Assembly (NCBI GenBank): GCA_023262965.1
Contig: JALQXX010000002.1
Span: 22,173-86,172 of the forward strand
Source: Candidatus Marinamargulisbacteria bacterium
GTDB lineage: Bacteria > Margulisbacteria > Marinamargulisbacteria > UBA817
Direction: 5' to 3'
DNA length: 64,000 nt
In this document: positions 51,034 to 60,782 of the stretch, in pieces
Position numbering within the stretch: the stretch's first letter is position 1
How the letters are laid out: each line of letters opens with the position of its first letter
Program-made: the position numbers and the translations under genes
Notes under the pieces: model-generated
What the model was told of the DNA's origin: nothing
Databases searched by the model: none
What the model saw: only the letters and a program-made list of their open reading frames with translations

Positions 51034-51831
51034 CTACCCCCCGCCACCGGTTGCTGCTACCCCAGGTTGTCGCCGACACAGTCGATACCCAACCCCCATA
51101 CAAAACAGGCCCAGATACCCCATAATAATCCCAATACTCACGGGAAGATTCCACATAATAGCAGCAACGATGCCAAATAAGGCCCCCATAATACCAAGTC
51201 CCCAGCTCCAATACAGGGCATGACGTTTTGTGTAGAGGGAAACGGTGACCAAAGGGATAATCAACACCGAAAATACCAACAGTACCCCCACCATTTTGAC
51301 GGACAGGGTAACGGTTAGGCCAAATAAGGCGTAAAACAGGGCGTCCCATAGGCGGGCGTTTCGGAAACGTCGGTAGCTATAGGGGGTCACAATCCCGATG
51401 ATGGCATAAATCAATACCGATACCATGGCCTCAGAAGGCCGAATAAACACCAAATAACCGGATATCATATCGGTAATGTGATGGGGGTCCATTTCCCACA
51501 GACTGACCCCTGCAATGGATAACGCTGTCCCGGCAATATACATAATGCCGATAACGGCTTCATGATGGCTGGTATCGGTAAACAAGTGATGAATGCTGGC
51601 CAAAATGGCGCTGGCAACAAGGGTCCCCCCAAACCCAAAGCCAAACAATACAACGGGGGATTCCACATGCAGGCCGTGCCCCAGCAAATACCCCAATGCC
51701 GCCCATTGCGCCAAAGCAATATCAATAAATATAATGCCGCGACGCAATACAAAGGTCCCAAAATAGCCGTGGATCATGATCAGGGCCACACAGGCAATGA
51801 GCGGCCAGATCAGATTAGAAAGCAGTGTCAT
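51034..51831 (-). CDS. znuB: Metal (Zn/Mn) ABC transporter permease, ABC-3/ZnuB family
   Basis: 265 aa with about 8 TM helices and ABC-3 family topology. Confidence 0.7.
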   Translation of the reverse strand: MTLLSNLIWPLIACVALIMIHGYFGTFVLRRGIIFIDIALAQWAALGYLLGHGLHVESPVVLFGFGFGGTLVASAILASIHHLFTDTSHHEAVIGIMYIAGTALSIAGVSLWEMDPHHITDMISGYLVFIRPSEAMVSVLIYAIIGIVTPYSYRRFRNARLWDALFYALFGLTVTLSVKMVGVLLVFSVLIIPLVTVSLYTKRHALYWSWGLGIMGALFGIVAAIMWNLPVSIGIIMGYLGLFCMGVGYRLCRRQPGVAATGGGG

Positions 51832-52717
51832 CGCCGATCATTCCCGCAATAATTGCGTCAAATAGTGCCGGGTAGGTATCAATGGCCGGGTCCCCCACCG
51901 TTGTGGGTAAGTGGTGAAAGGGGGCGTTGATGGATTCGGCAAAGCGTTCGCCGGTACGTTTGGGGTAGTAGCGGGCACTGATTACTCGAACCGGTTGGTT
52001 GGCCTGGGCTACCGTTTGACGCAGATGATGCAAATGACGAATAGTGGGCGAAATGCCCGGAACCGGCTCCAATGTTCCCAAAAATGGCAACGAAAATGCG
52101 TCTAAAAAATACGGCCAGGTTTTGTGATGGCTAACAACGACCTGTCCGTGAACCCCCGCTAATGCGGCTTTCCAACGCGGCATTTTTTGGCGGATAGTGC
52201 GGGATAGCGTATCCAAATGGCCGTAATAGGTGGCGGCGTGGTCCGGGTCCATGCGTGCCAGGCGGTCGCAAATTGTGGTGGCCACGATAATCCCGTTGAG
52301 GGGATTGAGTAAATAGTGGGGGTTTCCCTGGGGGTGCACATCCCCTTGTCGACCGTCAATTGTCCCCACGGGGACCTCCAGTGGGGTAATGCCTTGGGAG
52401 GCGTCCACATAACCCAATCGGTCCGAAAATAAGCGGGGGTTGCGTGCGGTTTGAATCAAACTGTCGACCCAGGTATCCTGATCCATCCCCAATCGAATGA
52501 TCATATCCGCTGATTGCAGTGCCGTAATCATGGATGGCTTGGGGTATAGCGTGTGCATATTGATACTGCCCGTTGTGAGGGAGGTTACCTGAACCCGATC
52601 CCCACCAACCGCCTGGGCCAGCCAGGCCAGATTGCCGTCCACCGCCACAATACGAATGGCGGCCTGGCTTGGCACCACCAGCCACAACAACAGTATCATC
52701 CATTTAACGAAGGCCAT
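51815..52717 (-). CDS. znuA: Metal ABC transporter substrate-binding protein (ZnuA/TroA family)
   Basis: Probable start at the internal Met (MAFVKWMILLLWLVVPSQA signal peptide). TroA-like fold with His residues and an HHLHH stretch. It overlaps the znuB start. Confidence 0.65.
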   Translation of the reverse strand: MAFVKWMILLLWLVVPSQAAIRIVAVDGNLAWLAQAVGGDRVQVTSLTTGSINMHTLYPKPSMITALQSADMIIRLGMDQDTWVDSLIQTARNPRLFSDRLGYVDASQGITPLEVPVGTIDGRQGDVHPQGNPHYLLNPLNGIIVATTICDRLARMDPDHAATYYGHLDTLSRTIRQKMPRWKAALAGVHGQVVVSHHKTWPYFLDAFSLPFLGTLEPVPGISPTIRHLHHLRQTVAQANQPVRVISARYYPKRTGERFAESINAPFHHLPTTVGDPAIDTYPALFDAIIAGMIGDDTAF

Positions 52718-53768
52718 GTGAATGCGGTCCCATACCAAATAAAAATTGCGCGTACACGACGGTTTCATCGCCATGAGTTACTTGGAGTCGAAATCGGCTG
52801 GTGTCGGTTAATCGGCGGGTAATGGCGTAAGCCGTTTGGTTCCATGCGGTGTTGGCAAGGTTCACATAATCGTAACGGACCCCCAGGTTGATGTCCGATG
52901 TCAGGTCAACGTGGGCCTGAACCATTGATCCCCGGGAGGGGGTTTCCTCAGCGATGTCGGTATCCAAGACATGGGTTTCGAAGTCCATTTGCAGGGTACG
53001 CGTGCCAATAGTGTTGGTATAGCGCGCGTCGATTCCCATCATACGGCGGGATTCCGAAAGCGAGGACTCCCCGTGCATGTAATTCAACCCCAGGGATAGC
53101 TCTTGGTTAGGCGAGATGGCCAGGCTATTCCAAAGGCGCGTCGTTACGGATTGATGGCCCCAGGGTTCGGATGTGGGGCCGTCCGCGTGGGAATGGGTGA
53201 GTGTCTCATCTGCGTGGTTATCATCCGCGTGGACATCATGCGGCGGGGTCATGGTCCAGGTCCCCAGAGTCAGCTGTGAAAAAAAGGGGAAGGGGAAGGT
53301 ATAATTAACCGCTATACCGGTACCACTAAGCGCATGGTCCGCCCCAAACAACGCCTGATGCACCAAGGGCCGATCCACAAAATGCCATTGCTCGGGGTGT
53401 AAGGTATTCAATATCCCGATAGGTACCTGTTTTTTTCCAAAAATAAGGCCCAATCCAGGCACGGAGAACCGCGTTGACAACAGCAGCGATATGGGATCAT
53501 TAGCGGTAATAAAGGCCTCTTCGATATCCCATTCATAGGCCCCATCATCCAGGGCATGGACGCCCAAAAATATATCCGCTTGAACCGTTGGGGTTAGGTA
53601 ATGCTGAAATGCCATTTCAACACCCCGAATAGTGGATGTGGTGGCCTCATCATGGATGGTGGTGACCATATCCCCAATAACGGATATCGCGGGCAGTGTG
53701 GTTGCCTTCGATTGCCCCCATCCTAAAACAGCAAAAACGGTACTCCAAATGAGTAGAAAATGTTTCAT
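52704..53768 (-). CDS. Outer-membrane beta-barrel protein with a His-rich loop (candidate metal-uptake porin)
   Basis: Probable start MKHFLLIWSTVFAVLGWG (signal peptide). Amphipathic beta strands and a His-rich segment PPHDVHADDNHADETLTHSHADGP. It lies upstream of and overlaps znuA. Confidence 0.4.
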   Translation of the reverse strand: MKHFLLIWSTVFAVLGWGQSKATTLPAISVIGDMVTTIHDEATTSTIRGVEMAFQHYLTPTVQADIFLGVHALDDGAYEWDIEEAFITANDPISLLLSTRFSVPGLGLIFGKKQVPIGILNTLHPEQWHFVDRPLVHQALFGADHALSGTGIAVNYTFPFPFFSQLTLGTWTMTPPHDVHADDNHADETLTHSHADGPTSEPWGHQSVTTRLWNSLAISPNQELSLGLNYMHGESSLSESRRMMGIDARYTNTIGTRTLQMDFETHVLDTDIAEETPSRGSMVQAHVDLTSDINLGVRYDYVNLANTAWNQTAYAITRRLTDTSRFRLQVTHGDETVVYAQFLFGMGPHSHGLR

Positions 53769-53843
53769 GTATACGTCCTTTCGGGGTATTTTAAAACCCC
53801 TCAATAAAAATAATGGTTACGGTATCGATATTGCCGTACTCGG

Positions 53844-54101
53844 CTAGGACTGGGGCGGACCCCGCCCCCAAAATGCATAAAAAACACCCGCCAGAATAGG
53901 CTGTAAGAGGGCGCTAACCGCTGCGATTGGGGTATATAACGGGGCGGATGGAGTGCCTGGTATGGCCGTTGCGGCAATGGTGGTGCTAACCGAACAAATC
54001 CGGCAGCTGTGATGGGATGATGGGGCCTCATCATGCACATGCAGTAAGGGCAGTAGTAGTGCGATGATAATCAGACCGGCCAGCCAATGACGCCTGCGCA
54101 T
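53844..54101 (-). CDS. Small two-TM membrane protein with a His/Cys-rich loop, translationally coupled to tyrA (TAATG)
   Basis: Internal Met of the 53844..54173 ORF gives MRRRHWLAGLIIIALLLPLLHVHDEAPSSHHSCRICSV.... Its ATG shares the A of the tyrA TAA stop. Confidence 0.3.
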   Translation of the reverse strand: MRRRHWLAGLIIIALLLPLLHVHDEAPSSHHSCRICSVSTTIAATAIPGTPSAPLYTPIAAVSALLQPILAGVFYAFWGRGPPQS

Positions 54102-54955
54102 TATACCACCCGCCCCTGGGATGCCGCGGCATCCATCAACCGTGATCGGGTAGCCTTGGCGTCCATCACCCATTGCTGAAGATCAGCGGGGCGGTGATCC
54201 ATGGCGGTTTTGAGTTGCTGAAGCGAATCAATCATGGCATCAATTAGGGGGCGTAGGGGCACCGCGTTGTGGGTAATAACGTCACGTCCCCATGCGGTTG
54301 GACTATTGCATACCCGGGTCGTGTCCCGAAAGCCCCCCGCAATCACCCGACCCAAGGCGCTTGCAGTTGATTCCGGGATATGGCGTAGGGCATGCGGCAA
54401 TACCGACGCCGCAATATACGGCCCATGCGATGCTGCTGCCATCCATTCATCATGAACCTCTAAAGAGGGGCAGGGAATAATCGAAAAGCCGCATTGTTCA
54501 CACAGGTCATGCAGCCATGCGTCGGAGCTACACACAATCATGGGGCAGCCATCCAAAACCGATGCATCCGCATGCGCCAATCCCGACACATCGCGGCCGC
54601 CCATGGGATGCGCGAATCCAATGGTGTGGTGACTGGTTGCCACAATAGGGTGCTTTAAAAACGATTTCACACTCGACAATTCCATAATACGTAGGGACGA
54701 TGGCCATTTTTTGGTGGCCTGATCAATCACGCCTAATACGGTATCTATGGGCGATGCAATCACAAGTAGATCCGGGGGTGTGGGGACGTCCGCAATGCTC
54801 GCTACATAATCATCGAACGCCGCGCCAGCCACGGTGGCTTTAAATGCCGCTGTATGGGGGTCAATGCCGGTAATATACACGTCCGCCATGTATTTTTTAA
54901 ATAAAGCCGCCATCGATCCCCCTATTAAACCACAGCCAATAATCCCAATACGCAT
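54101..54955 (-). CDS. tyrA: Prephenate/arogenate dehydrogenase
   Basis: N-terminal NAD-binding MRIGIIGCGLIGGSMA and a TyrA-family core. Confidence 0.8.
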   Translation of the reverse strand: MRIGIIGCGLIGGSMAALFKKYMADVYITGIDPHTAAFKATVAGAAFDDYVASIADVPTPPDLLVIASPIDTVLGVIDQATKKWPSSLRIMELSSVKSFLKHPIVATSHHTIGFAHPMGGRDVSGLAHADASVLDGCPMIVCSSDAWLHDLCEQCGFSIIPCPSLEVHDEWMAAASHGPYIAASVLPHALRHIPESTASALGRVIAGGFRDTTRVCNSPTAWGRDVITHNAVPLRPLIDAMIDSLQQLKTAMDHRPADLQQWVMDAKATRSRLMDAAASQGRVV

Positions 54956-55320
54956 CAGGATGGTCGAATATCCGGCCGTAGGGAGGCCGCCTCTTTTAGG
55001 TACACATGGTGGATGCCTGTAATGGGCTGGTCGCTATTAATATGCATTAAAATCCGAATACAGCGGCGCAATCCATGGGGAACGTCCATTTCGTGAAAAC
55101 AAATCATGGGCGTATGGACCAGGTTTAGCTGACGGGCCGCTTTCGCGGGAAAGGTGGCATTTAAGTCGGGTGTCACCGAAAAAAAAATGGATACAATATC
55201 CGATTCCACAATCGCATTTTTGGCCATAATAGCGCGCAGCAAATCGGTTGTAGCCGCCAATATACCGTCTTCGGTGTTGGCATCTACGGTAATCGCTCCA
55301 CGAATACCTCGACACGTCAT
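54955..55320 (-). CDS. aroH: Chorismate mutase, AroH class
   Basis: 121 aa closely following the B. subtilis AroH pattern: IRGIRGAITVDANTEDGIL...SATPDLNATFPAKAARQL...CIRILMH...HVYL. Confidence 0.8.
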   Translation of the reverse strand: MTCRGIRGAITVDANTEDGILAATTDLLRAIMAKNAIVESDIVSIFFSVTPDLNATFPAKAARQLNLVHTPMICFHEMDVPHGLRRCIRILMHINSDQPITGIHHVYLKEAASLRPDIRPS

Positions 55321-55410
55321 ATGCGTATTATAACCACGATTAAAATGTTCTTGCCAGTACTAAAAATCAACTTGAATGTGTGGGGGATATGACCTATTAT
55401 ATAGATCCCT

Positions 55411-55494
55411 GCGCGTGTGGCGAAATTGGTAGACGCGCTAGACTTAGGATCTAGTGTCTATGACGTGGGGGTTCAAGTCCCTCCACGCGCACCA
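55411..55494 (+). tRNA. tRNA-Leu (anticodon TAG), type II with long variable arm, CCA encoded
   Basis: Acceptor GCGCGTG/CACGCGC, D-arm GCG-AAATTGGTAGA-CGC, anticodon stem-loop CTAGA-CTTAGGA-TCTAG, a 13-nt variable arm, T-arm GGGGG-TTCAAGT-CCCTC, discriminator A then CCA. Confidence 0.9.
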
Positions 55495-55548
55495 TTCGAG
55501 ACTTTTTAGAATTACGTCTTTCTAAGGTATTGATTCGCTGGGTCAATA

Positions 55549-57075
55549 TTGTATTTGAGTCTACAGCCAAAACCCGATATCATAAGAAACATGAATCATA
55601 ATACCGAATCGGTAGCCGTATCCGAACACGAGAATCGCCTTCAAAAACGCGCCCTATACGAGTCGGAGGGCACAAACCCCTTCGCCTATGCCTACAATCG
55701 AACCCATACCATTGCCGACGCCCTAGCATTGGCGGCAGGTTGCGGTCCCGGTGAAAAAACCACGCACCAAGTGGCTGTTTGTGGCCGCATTAAGGCCAAA
55801 CGCGGCCACGGCAAAGCCATGTTTGTCAATATAACCGATCAAACAGGCACCATTCAGCTCTATGCCTCGGTGAACGATTTGGGGGATTTGACCCACTTTG
55901 AACGCTTGGACGTGGGGGATATTGTGGGGGTTCAGGGGGCGCTATTTACCACCCGTCGTGGTGAAATAACCATTAACATTCAATCATTTGCGTTGCTGAC
56001 TAAGTCCATGCATTCCCTTCCCGAAAAATACCATGGATTGCAAAACAAAGAGGCCCGGTATCGGCAACGGTACGTGGATCTCATTGCGAATCCCGACGTT
56101 ATGGCGGTGTTTCAAAAACGATCCGCGGTGATTCAGCAGGTGCGTGCGTATTTGCATGACCAGGGGTTTATGGAAGTGGAAACCCCGGTGTTGCACCACA
56201 TATACGGGGGCGCGTCCGCGCGGCCCTTTACCACGCATCACAATGAATTGAACCAATCCTTGTATCTGCGTATTGCACTGGAATTGCATTTAAAACGATT
56301 AATTGTAGGGGGGTTCGAGAAAATATTTGAAATTGGACGGGTATTTCGAAATGAAGGGGTGTCGTTTAAACATAATCCCGAATACACCTTATTGGAGCTC
56401 TATCAGGCCTATGCCGATTATACCGATATGATGGCGCTAACCGAGTCCATGATTCATGGGTTGGTGGTGGCTACCTATGGCAGCCCTACCGTTACGTATC
56501 AGGGGCAATTGTTGGATTTTTCACTACCCTTCAAGCGGGTGTCCATGCGTGACGCCATTCTGAACGAAGCGGGGGTGGACATTGATACCGTATCCGATGC
56601 GGATATGGTGGCATTATTGGTTGCCAAAGGGATTGAGGACGCCGCGTCCATGCCTCGGGGCGAATTGATTAATGAGGTGTACGATACCTATGTTGAACAC
56701 ACCCTAATTCAGCCCACCTTTGTGGTGGATTACCCCGTTGAAACCTCGCCCTTAGCTAAAAATCATCGAGATAAACCGGCCTATGTGGAACGGTTTGAAC
56801 TCATTGTGGCCAAAATGGAATTGGCCAATGCGTTTACAGAGCTAAACGATCCCGTGGAGCAAAAAGCGCGATTGCAGGCCCAGCAACAATCCCGGGATGC
56901 GGGCAGTGTGAATGCTCACGGTATGGATGATGATTTTATTGAGGCCTTGTCGTATGGAATGCCCCCTACGGGTGGGTTGGGGATTGGAATCGATCGGTTG
57001 GTGATGCTATTGACGGATGCGGCGTCGATTCGCGATGTCTTGTTTTTTCCGCATTTAAAACAGATTGTTACGTGA
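55549..57075 (+). CDS. lysS: Lysyl-tRNA synthetase (class II)
   Basis: N-terminal OB anticodon-binding domain and class II motifs, including motif 2 (FRNEG) and motif 3 (GGLGIGIDRLVML). The true start is possibly ATG 55591. Confidence 0.9.
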   Translation: MYLSLQPKPDIIRNMNHNTESVAVSEHENRLQKRALYESEGTNPFAYAYNRTHTIADALALAAGCGPGEKTTHQVAVCGRIKAKRGHGKAMFVNITDQTGTIQLYASVNDLGDLTHFERLDVGDIVGVQGALFTTRRGEITINIQSFALLTKSMHSLPEKYHGLQNKEARYRQRYVDLIANPDVMAVFQKRSAVIQQVRAYLHDQGFMEVETPVLHHIYGGASARPFTTHHNELNQSLYLRIALELHLKRLIVGGFEKIFEIGRVFRNEGVSFKHNPEYTLLELYQAYADYTDMMALTESMIHGLVVATYGSPTVTYQGQLLDFSLPFKRVSMRDAILNEAGVDIDTVSDADMVALLVAKGIEDAASMPRGELINEVYDTYVEHTLIQPTFVVDYPVETSPLAKNHRDKPAYVERFELIVAKMELANAFTELNDPVEQKARLQAQQQSRDAGSVNAHGMDDDFIEALSYGMPPTGGLGIGIDRLVMLLTDAASIRDVLFFPHLKQIVT

Positions 57076-57106
57076 TTTATTCGGTTGATTTCGGTATACT
57101 GAAGAC

Positions 57107-58444
57107 ATGGCGATGACCCTTGTAAAACGATTTATTGCAATTGCTATTATTTTATTGTTTGCGGTGGCCATTGTTGTCCGTGTTCCGGTTCGATTGGGGC
57201 TGGATTTGAATGGTGGGGCATCGATTGTTTTGGCGTTGCGGGAGGATGGTGGGCGTCCCGTTACAACGGCGGATGTGATGGGGGTTATGGATGTGATTCA
57301 AAATCGGGTGAATGCCTTGGGGCTCACGGAGCCGGTGATTCAATCCAAAGGGTTGAATCAAATTTTGGTGGAGTTGCCCGGGATTGATGATATGGATCGT
57401 GCTTTGTCGTTGATTGGTGAAACCGCCAAATTGGTATTTTATGAAGCCGATTGGGCGCCGCAACGCTTTGAGCAGTTAACGCAGGCCGATAAAGACACGT
57501 TGTTGGGACCCAATGCGCAGGTGAGCTATTTAAAGCAAACCTTGTCAGATGGCACCACGGTGATGCGCGGGTTAATTTTAAAAAACCCGGTTATTCAAGG
57601 GAATCAGTTGGCTGAAGCCTTTCCTGGCACGGATAATTATGGGCAACCCATGGTTAATATTGTGTTTGACGATGAGGCGACGTCTATTTTTTATGACGTA
57701 ACAACGCGGCATGTGGGTCGGCCATTGGCCATACTCTTGGATGATACCCCCATTTCGGCACCCAATATCAACGAACCCATTAGCGGGGGGCGTGCCGTTA
57801 TATCCGGGTCATTTACTACCCAAGAAGTGAAAGATCTGGTGATTAAGTTGCGTGCCGGATCCCTGCCCGTACCCGTGGATATTGTATCGTATCAGTTGGT
57901 GGGGCCGTCTTTAGGGACGGATGTGATTGCGTACAGCAAAAAAGCGGCCATCATTGGGGTTTTAGCGGTTGCCATTTACATGATTGTATTTTTTCGACTG
58001 TTTGGGGCCTTGGCGATTGTGGCGTTGATCTATTATGCCTGCTTAACGTTTAGCGTATTAAAAATAATGGATGCGACCTTGACCTTGCCCGGTATTGCGG
58101 GCCTTATTTTGACCTTAGGTATGGCGGTTGATGCCAATATTATTATTTTTTCGCGTATTCGAGATGAGTTGGAACGGGGCGACACGTTATTGTCAGCCAT
58201 CGATTCGGGGTTTTCCAAATCATTTTTGGCCATTTTGGACGCTAATGTGACCACCATATTTGCGGCCATGGTGTTGTTTTGGTTGGGAACGGGTGCCATT
58301 AAGGGGTTTGCCATTACCTTAACGGTGGGGGTTTTAAGTAGTATGATGTCCGCTTTGGTGGTAACACGGTTTTTGATTCAGTTGTTGATGACCGTTTATA
58401 CGGGTCCCAAGTCCTGGCTTATGAAGGGGGTATCCCATGATTGA
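57107..58444 (+). CDS. secD: Protein translocase subunit SecD
   Basis: N-terminal TM, a periplasmic domain and a 5-TM C-terminal block with conserved SecD motifs (LDLNGGASIVL, GPSLG). Confidence 0.85.
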   Translation: MAMTLVKRFIAIAIILLFAVAIVVRVPVRLGLDLNGGASIVLALREDGGRPVTTADVMGVMDVIQNRVNALGLTEPVIQSKGLNQILVELPGIDDMDRALSLIGETAKLVFYEADWAPQRFEQLTQADKDTLLGPNAQVSYLKQTLSDGTTVMRGLILKNPVIQGNQLAEAFPGTDNYGQPMVNIVFDDEATSIFYDVTTRHVGRPLAILLDDTPISAPNINEPISGGRAVISGSFTTQEVKDLVIKLRAGSLPVPVDIVSYQLVGPSLGTDVIAYSKKAAIIGVLAVAIYMIVFFRLFGALAIVALIYYACLTFSVLKIMDATLTLPGIAGLILTLGMAVDANIIIFSRIRDELERGDTLLSAIDSGFSKSFLAILDANVTTIFAAMVLFWLGTGAIKGFAITLTVGVLSSMMSALVVTRFLIQLLMTVYTGPKSWLMKGVSHD

Positions 58445-59315
58445 TATGATAAAAAAAAGACGGCTATGGTATGCCCTATCATTGGTAGTGATAGTGTGTG
58501 GTTTGGTAGGAATCATCAATCGGTATCGCCAAACGGGGGATGCCATGAACTGGGGCGTTGATTTTACAGGGGGCACCGCAATGACGCTTCGGTTTGAGCG
58601 CCCGCTTACGGTTGAACCGGTTCGAGACGCCCTAATAGCGATGGGATTGACCAAACACACCATTCAGTTTTCTGAAGAACGGGATGTTTTAATTAAAACA
58701 ACCATTATGGATGTGCCCCTTCGCAATCAGTTATTTGAGTACATACGCTCAAATTTGGGCAATTTTGATGTGATGGAAGTGGATGTAATTGGACCATCGA
58801 TGGGTGACGAGCTGAAGCGGAGCAGTTGGATTATTATTATAGCGGTGTCTATAGCCATTTTGGCCTATTGTTCGTGGCGGTTTGAGTGGATGTATGGTGT
58901 TTCGGCGGTTGTGGCTCTGTTGCATGATGCCTTGATTGTTGTGGCGGTATCGGCGGTGTTGGGGGTAGAGGTGAATGCCGCCTTTGTAGCGGCCTTATTA
59001 ACGGTATTGGGGTATTCCATTAACGATACCATGATTATTTTTGATCGTATTCGGGAGAAGCGGGACGCCAACGAAGGAATCCTAAACAAGGTGGTTATCA
59101 ATCAGGCTATTGGGGAGATGTTTGCGCGTTCCATTCATACATCGGTGACAACGGGCTTGGTGGTGACGGCTTTACTGATTTGGGGCGGGCATTCATTAAG
59201 TGTGTTTGCCGTGGTATTGTTGGTGGGATTGATTACGGGAACCTATTCCTCGATTGCGATTGCGAGCCCCATATTGTATGAATTGGCTGTGTCTAAAAAG
59301 GGTGTTTATGAATAA
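58437..59315 (+). CDS. secF: Protein translocase subunit SecF
   Basis: 292 aa with SecF motifs (GVDFTGGT, HDALIVV) and 6 TM. It overlaps the secD stop by 8 nt. Confidence 0.85.
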   Translation: MIDMIKKRRLWYALSLVVIVCGLVGIINRYRQTGDAMNWGVDFTGGTAMTLRFERPLTVEPVRDALIAMGLTKHTIQFSEERDVLIKTTIMDVPLRNQLFEYIRSNLGNFDVMEVDVIGPSMGDELKRSSWIIIIAVSIAILAYCSWRFEWMYGVSAVVALLHDALIVVAVSAVLGVEVNAAFVAALLTVLGYSINDTMIIFDRIREKRDANEGILNKVVINQAIGEMFARSIHTSVTTGLVVTALLIWGGHSLSVFAVVLLVGLITGTYSSIAIASPILYELAVSKKGVYE

Positions 59316-60033
59316 CCCGGCGTCGTCAACCCAGGATGAATTGGTTATTAATCACCTGTACTTGGTGAAATTTGTGGTGAATCGGCTGACCATGAGTTTG
59401 CCCCCAGGGGTTACGTATGATGATTTGCATGCTATTGGTAGTCTGGGGTTGATTGATGCGGCTAAAAAATTTGATGATAGCAAAGGCGTTTTGTTTAAAA
59501 CCTATTCGGTGCCTCGGATTCGTGGGGCCATTTTAGATGAATTACGGCGCCACACATTGGGGGGGCAGACCTTATGTCGCAAGGCCCGTCAAATTGAGCA
59601 GGCTACCCGGGCAATTGAGCTCCGAAAAAAGAATGGAGCGGCTTCAGAAGAGGAGCTGGCGGCGGAATTGGGGATTACCAAAATCAAGTTGCAGCGGATG
59701 ATTGCGGATGTGTCACGGTCTTTTTTGGTATCGTTAGATGAGTCGGTGTATGCGGATAACGCCAGTGCGTCGCTTGGGGATATGATTGAGGATAAGAAGC
59801 GACTGACCCCGGAGTCGCAATTGGAACTAAAGGAGCGAAAAGCGTTTTTGAAGGTGGCCATAGGTCAGCTGCCGGATCAAGAAAAACGGGTGTTGGTGTT
59901 GTATTATTTTGAGGAACTGACGCTAAAGGAAATCGGGGGTCTGTTGCAAGTGAGTGAGTCCCGTGTATCGCAAATTCATACCAAAGCGATTGTGCGATTA
60001 CGTGCGCGATTAAATCAGCTAAATTATTCATGA
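59308..60033 (+). CDS. FliA/WhiG-family (sigma-28-like) RNA polymerase sigma factor
   Basis: Internal ATG at 59308 overlaps the secF stop (ATGAATAA) and gives 242 aa. Region 2 (LVINHLYLVKFVVNRL...DDLHAIGSLGLIDAAKKFD), region 3, and a region 4 HTH (LTLKEIGGLLQVSESRVSQIHTKAIVRLR). Confidence 0.75.
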   Translation: MNNPASSTQDELVINHLYLVKFVVNRLTMSLPPGVTYDDLHAIGSLGLIDAAKKFDDSKGVLFKTYSVPRIRGAILDELRRHTLGGQTLCRKARQIEQATRAIELRKKNGAASEEELAAELGITKIKLQRMIADVSRSFLVSLDESVYADNASASLGDMIEDKKRLTPESQLELKERKAFLKVAIGQLPDQEKRVLVLYYFEELTLKEIGGLLQVSESRVSQIHTKAIVRLRARLNQLNYS

Positions 60034-60782
60034 AATATGTCATTGGTGTGTGTTTATTGACCGTGCAGATGTTGGCATCGATGATTGCGCTTGACACGGT
60101 TGTTCGCGATCAGCAATTGGTGCCCGTCATTACCGTTAACGGGAAAATTGTCATTGAGGTGCGTTCGGTGGGCACGCAGCAAGTGTATGCATCAACCTTT
60201 GAGCGATCCGAAAAGATTCTAAAAACCATGCGTGCTCTAGAAGAAGAAGAATACGCATTAAATCGGATCCGCATTCGTCTGGGGACGAATAAATCCGATT
60301 ATGTGGCCTATGTTAACGCGATTGAGGTGTATCGGGTGACGCCATCCGACATTGTGGGAACCGACATGACGACGTATCAATTAGCGGTACAGTGGCGAAC
60401 CAATATCTATGAAGCGCTTCGGTTACCATCCGTTGCAACCGTCGTGGATGGAGACGATTCTGTGGCGGATTATGGGGTGGTCCATTCACCGTTAGTGGGA
60501 TTGTTTTCACTGGTATCACGCCCCTCATTTTTTACAGGCATTTTGCAGGTATGCTTTTTTTTAAGTCTTCAGATTGGGGGAATGGTGGTGACGTTTCGGT
60601 ATTTAAATCGCCGGCACCAAGCGGTACTGGATGAGTTTCAGGAACGATTGAAGCGATTTCATCACACACAAACCCAACATCAAAATCGCATGGCATCGCT
60701 GGAGCAGCAGGTGACGCATATTACAAAGACATTGAATTTGTATCGGTTGTCATCACCCGATAACGAGAATCCCACGGCCTAA
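60030..60782 (+). CDS. Hypothetical bitopic membrane protein translationally coupled to the sigma factor (ATGA overlap); candidate sigma partner/anti-sigma factor
   Basis: 250 aa with an N-terminal signal/TM segment, a ~150-aa soluble domain, a TM (FFTGILQVCFFLSLQIGGMVVTF) and a ~55-aa basic/coiled-coil tail. No recognisable family. Confidence 0.3.
   Translation: MKYVIGVCLLTVQMLASMIALDTVVRDQQLVPVITVNGKIVIEVRSVGTQQVYASTFERSEKILKTMRALEEEEYALNRIRIRLGTNKSDYVAYVNAIEVYRVTPSDIVGTDMTTYQLAVQWRTNIYEALRLPSVATVVDGDDSVADYGVVHSPLVGLFSLVSRPSFFTGILQVCFFLSLQIGGMVVTFRYLNRRHQAVLDEFQERLKRFHHTQTQHQNRMASLEQQVTHITKTLNLYRLSSPDNENPTA

Noticed and set aside
53854-53868. Perfect 7-bp inverted repeat GGGGCGG-ACC-CCGCCCC, considered as a possible terminator
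   Set aside because: It lies inside the 3' coding region of the small membrane-protein ORF. It is not followed by a T-tract on the plus strand and a preceding T-tract is only visible in minus-strand reading, which is the wrong side for a terminator. Most likely it is G-rich coding sequence.
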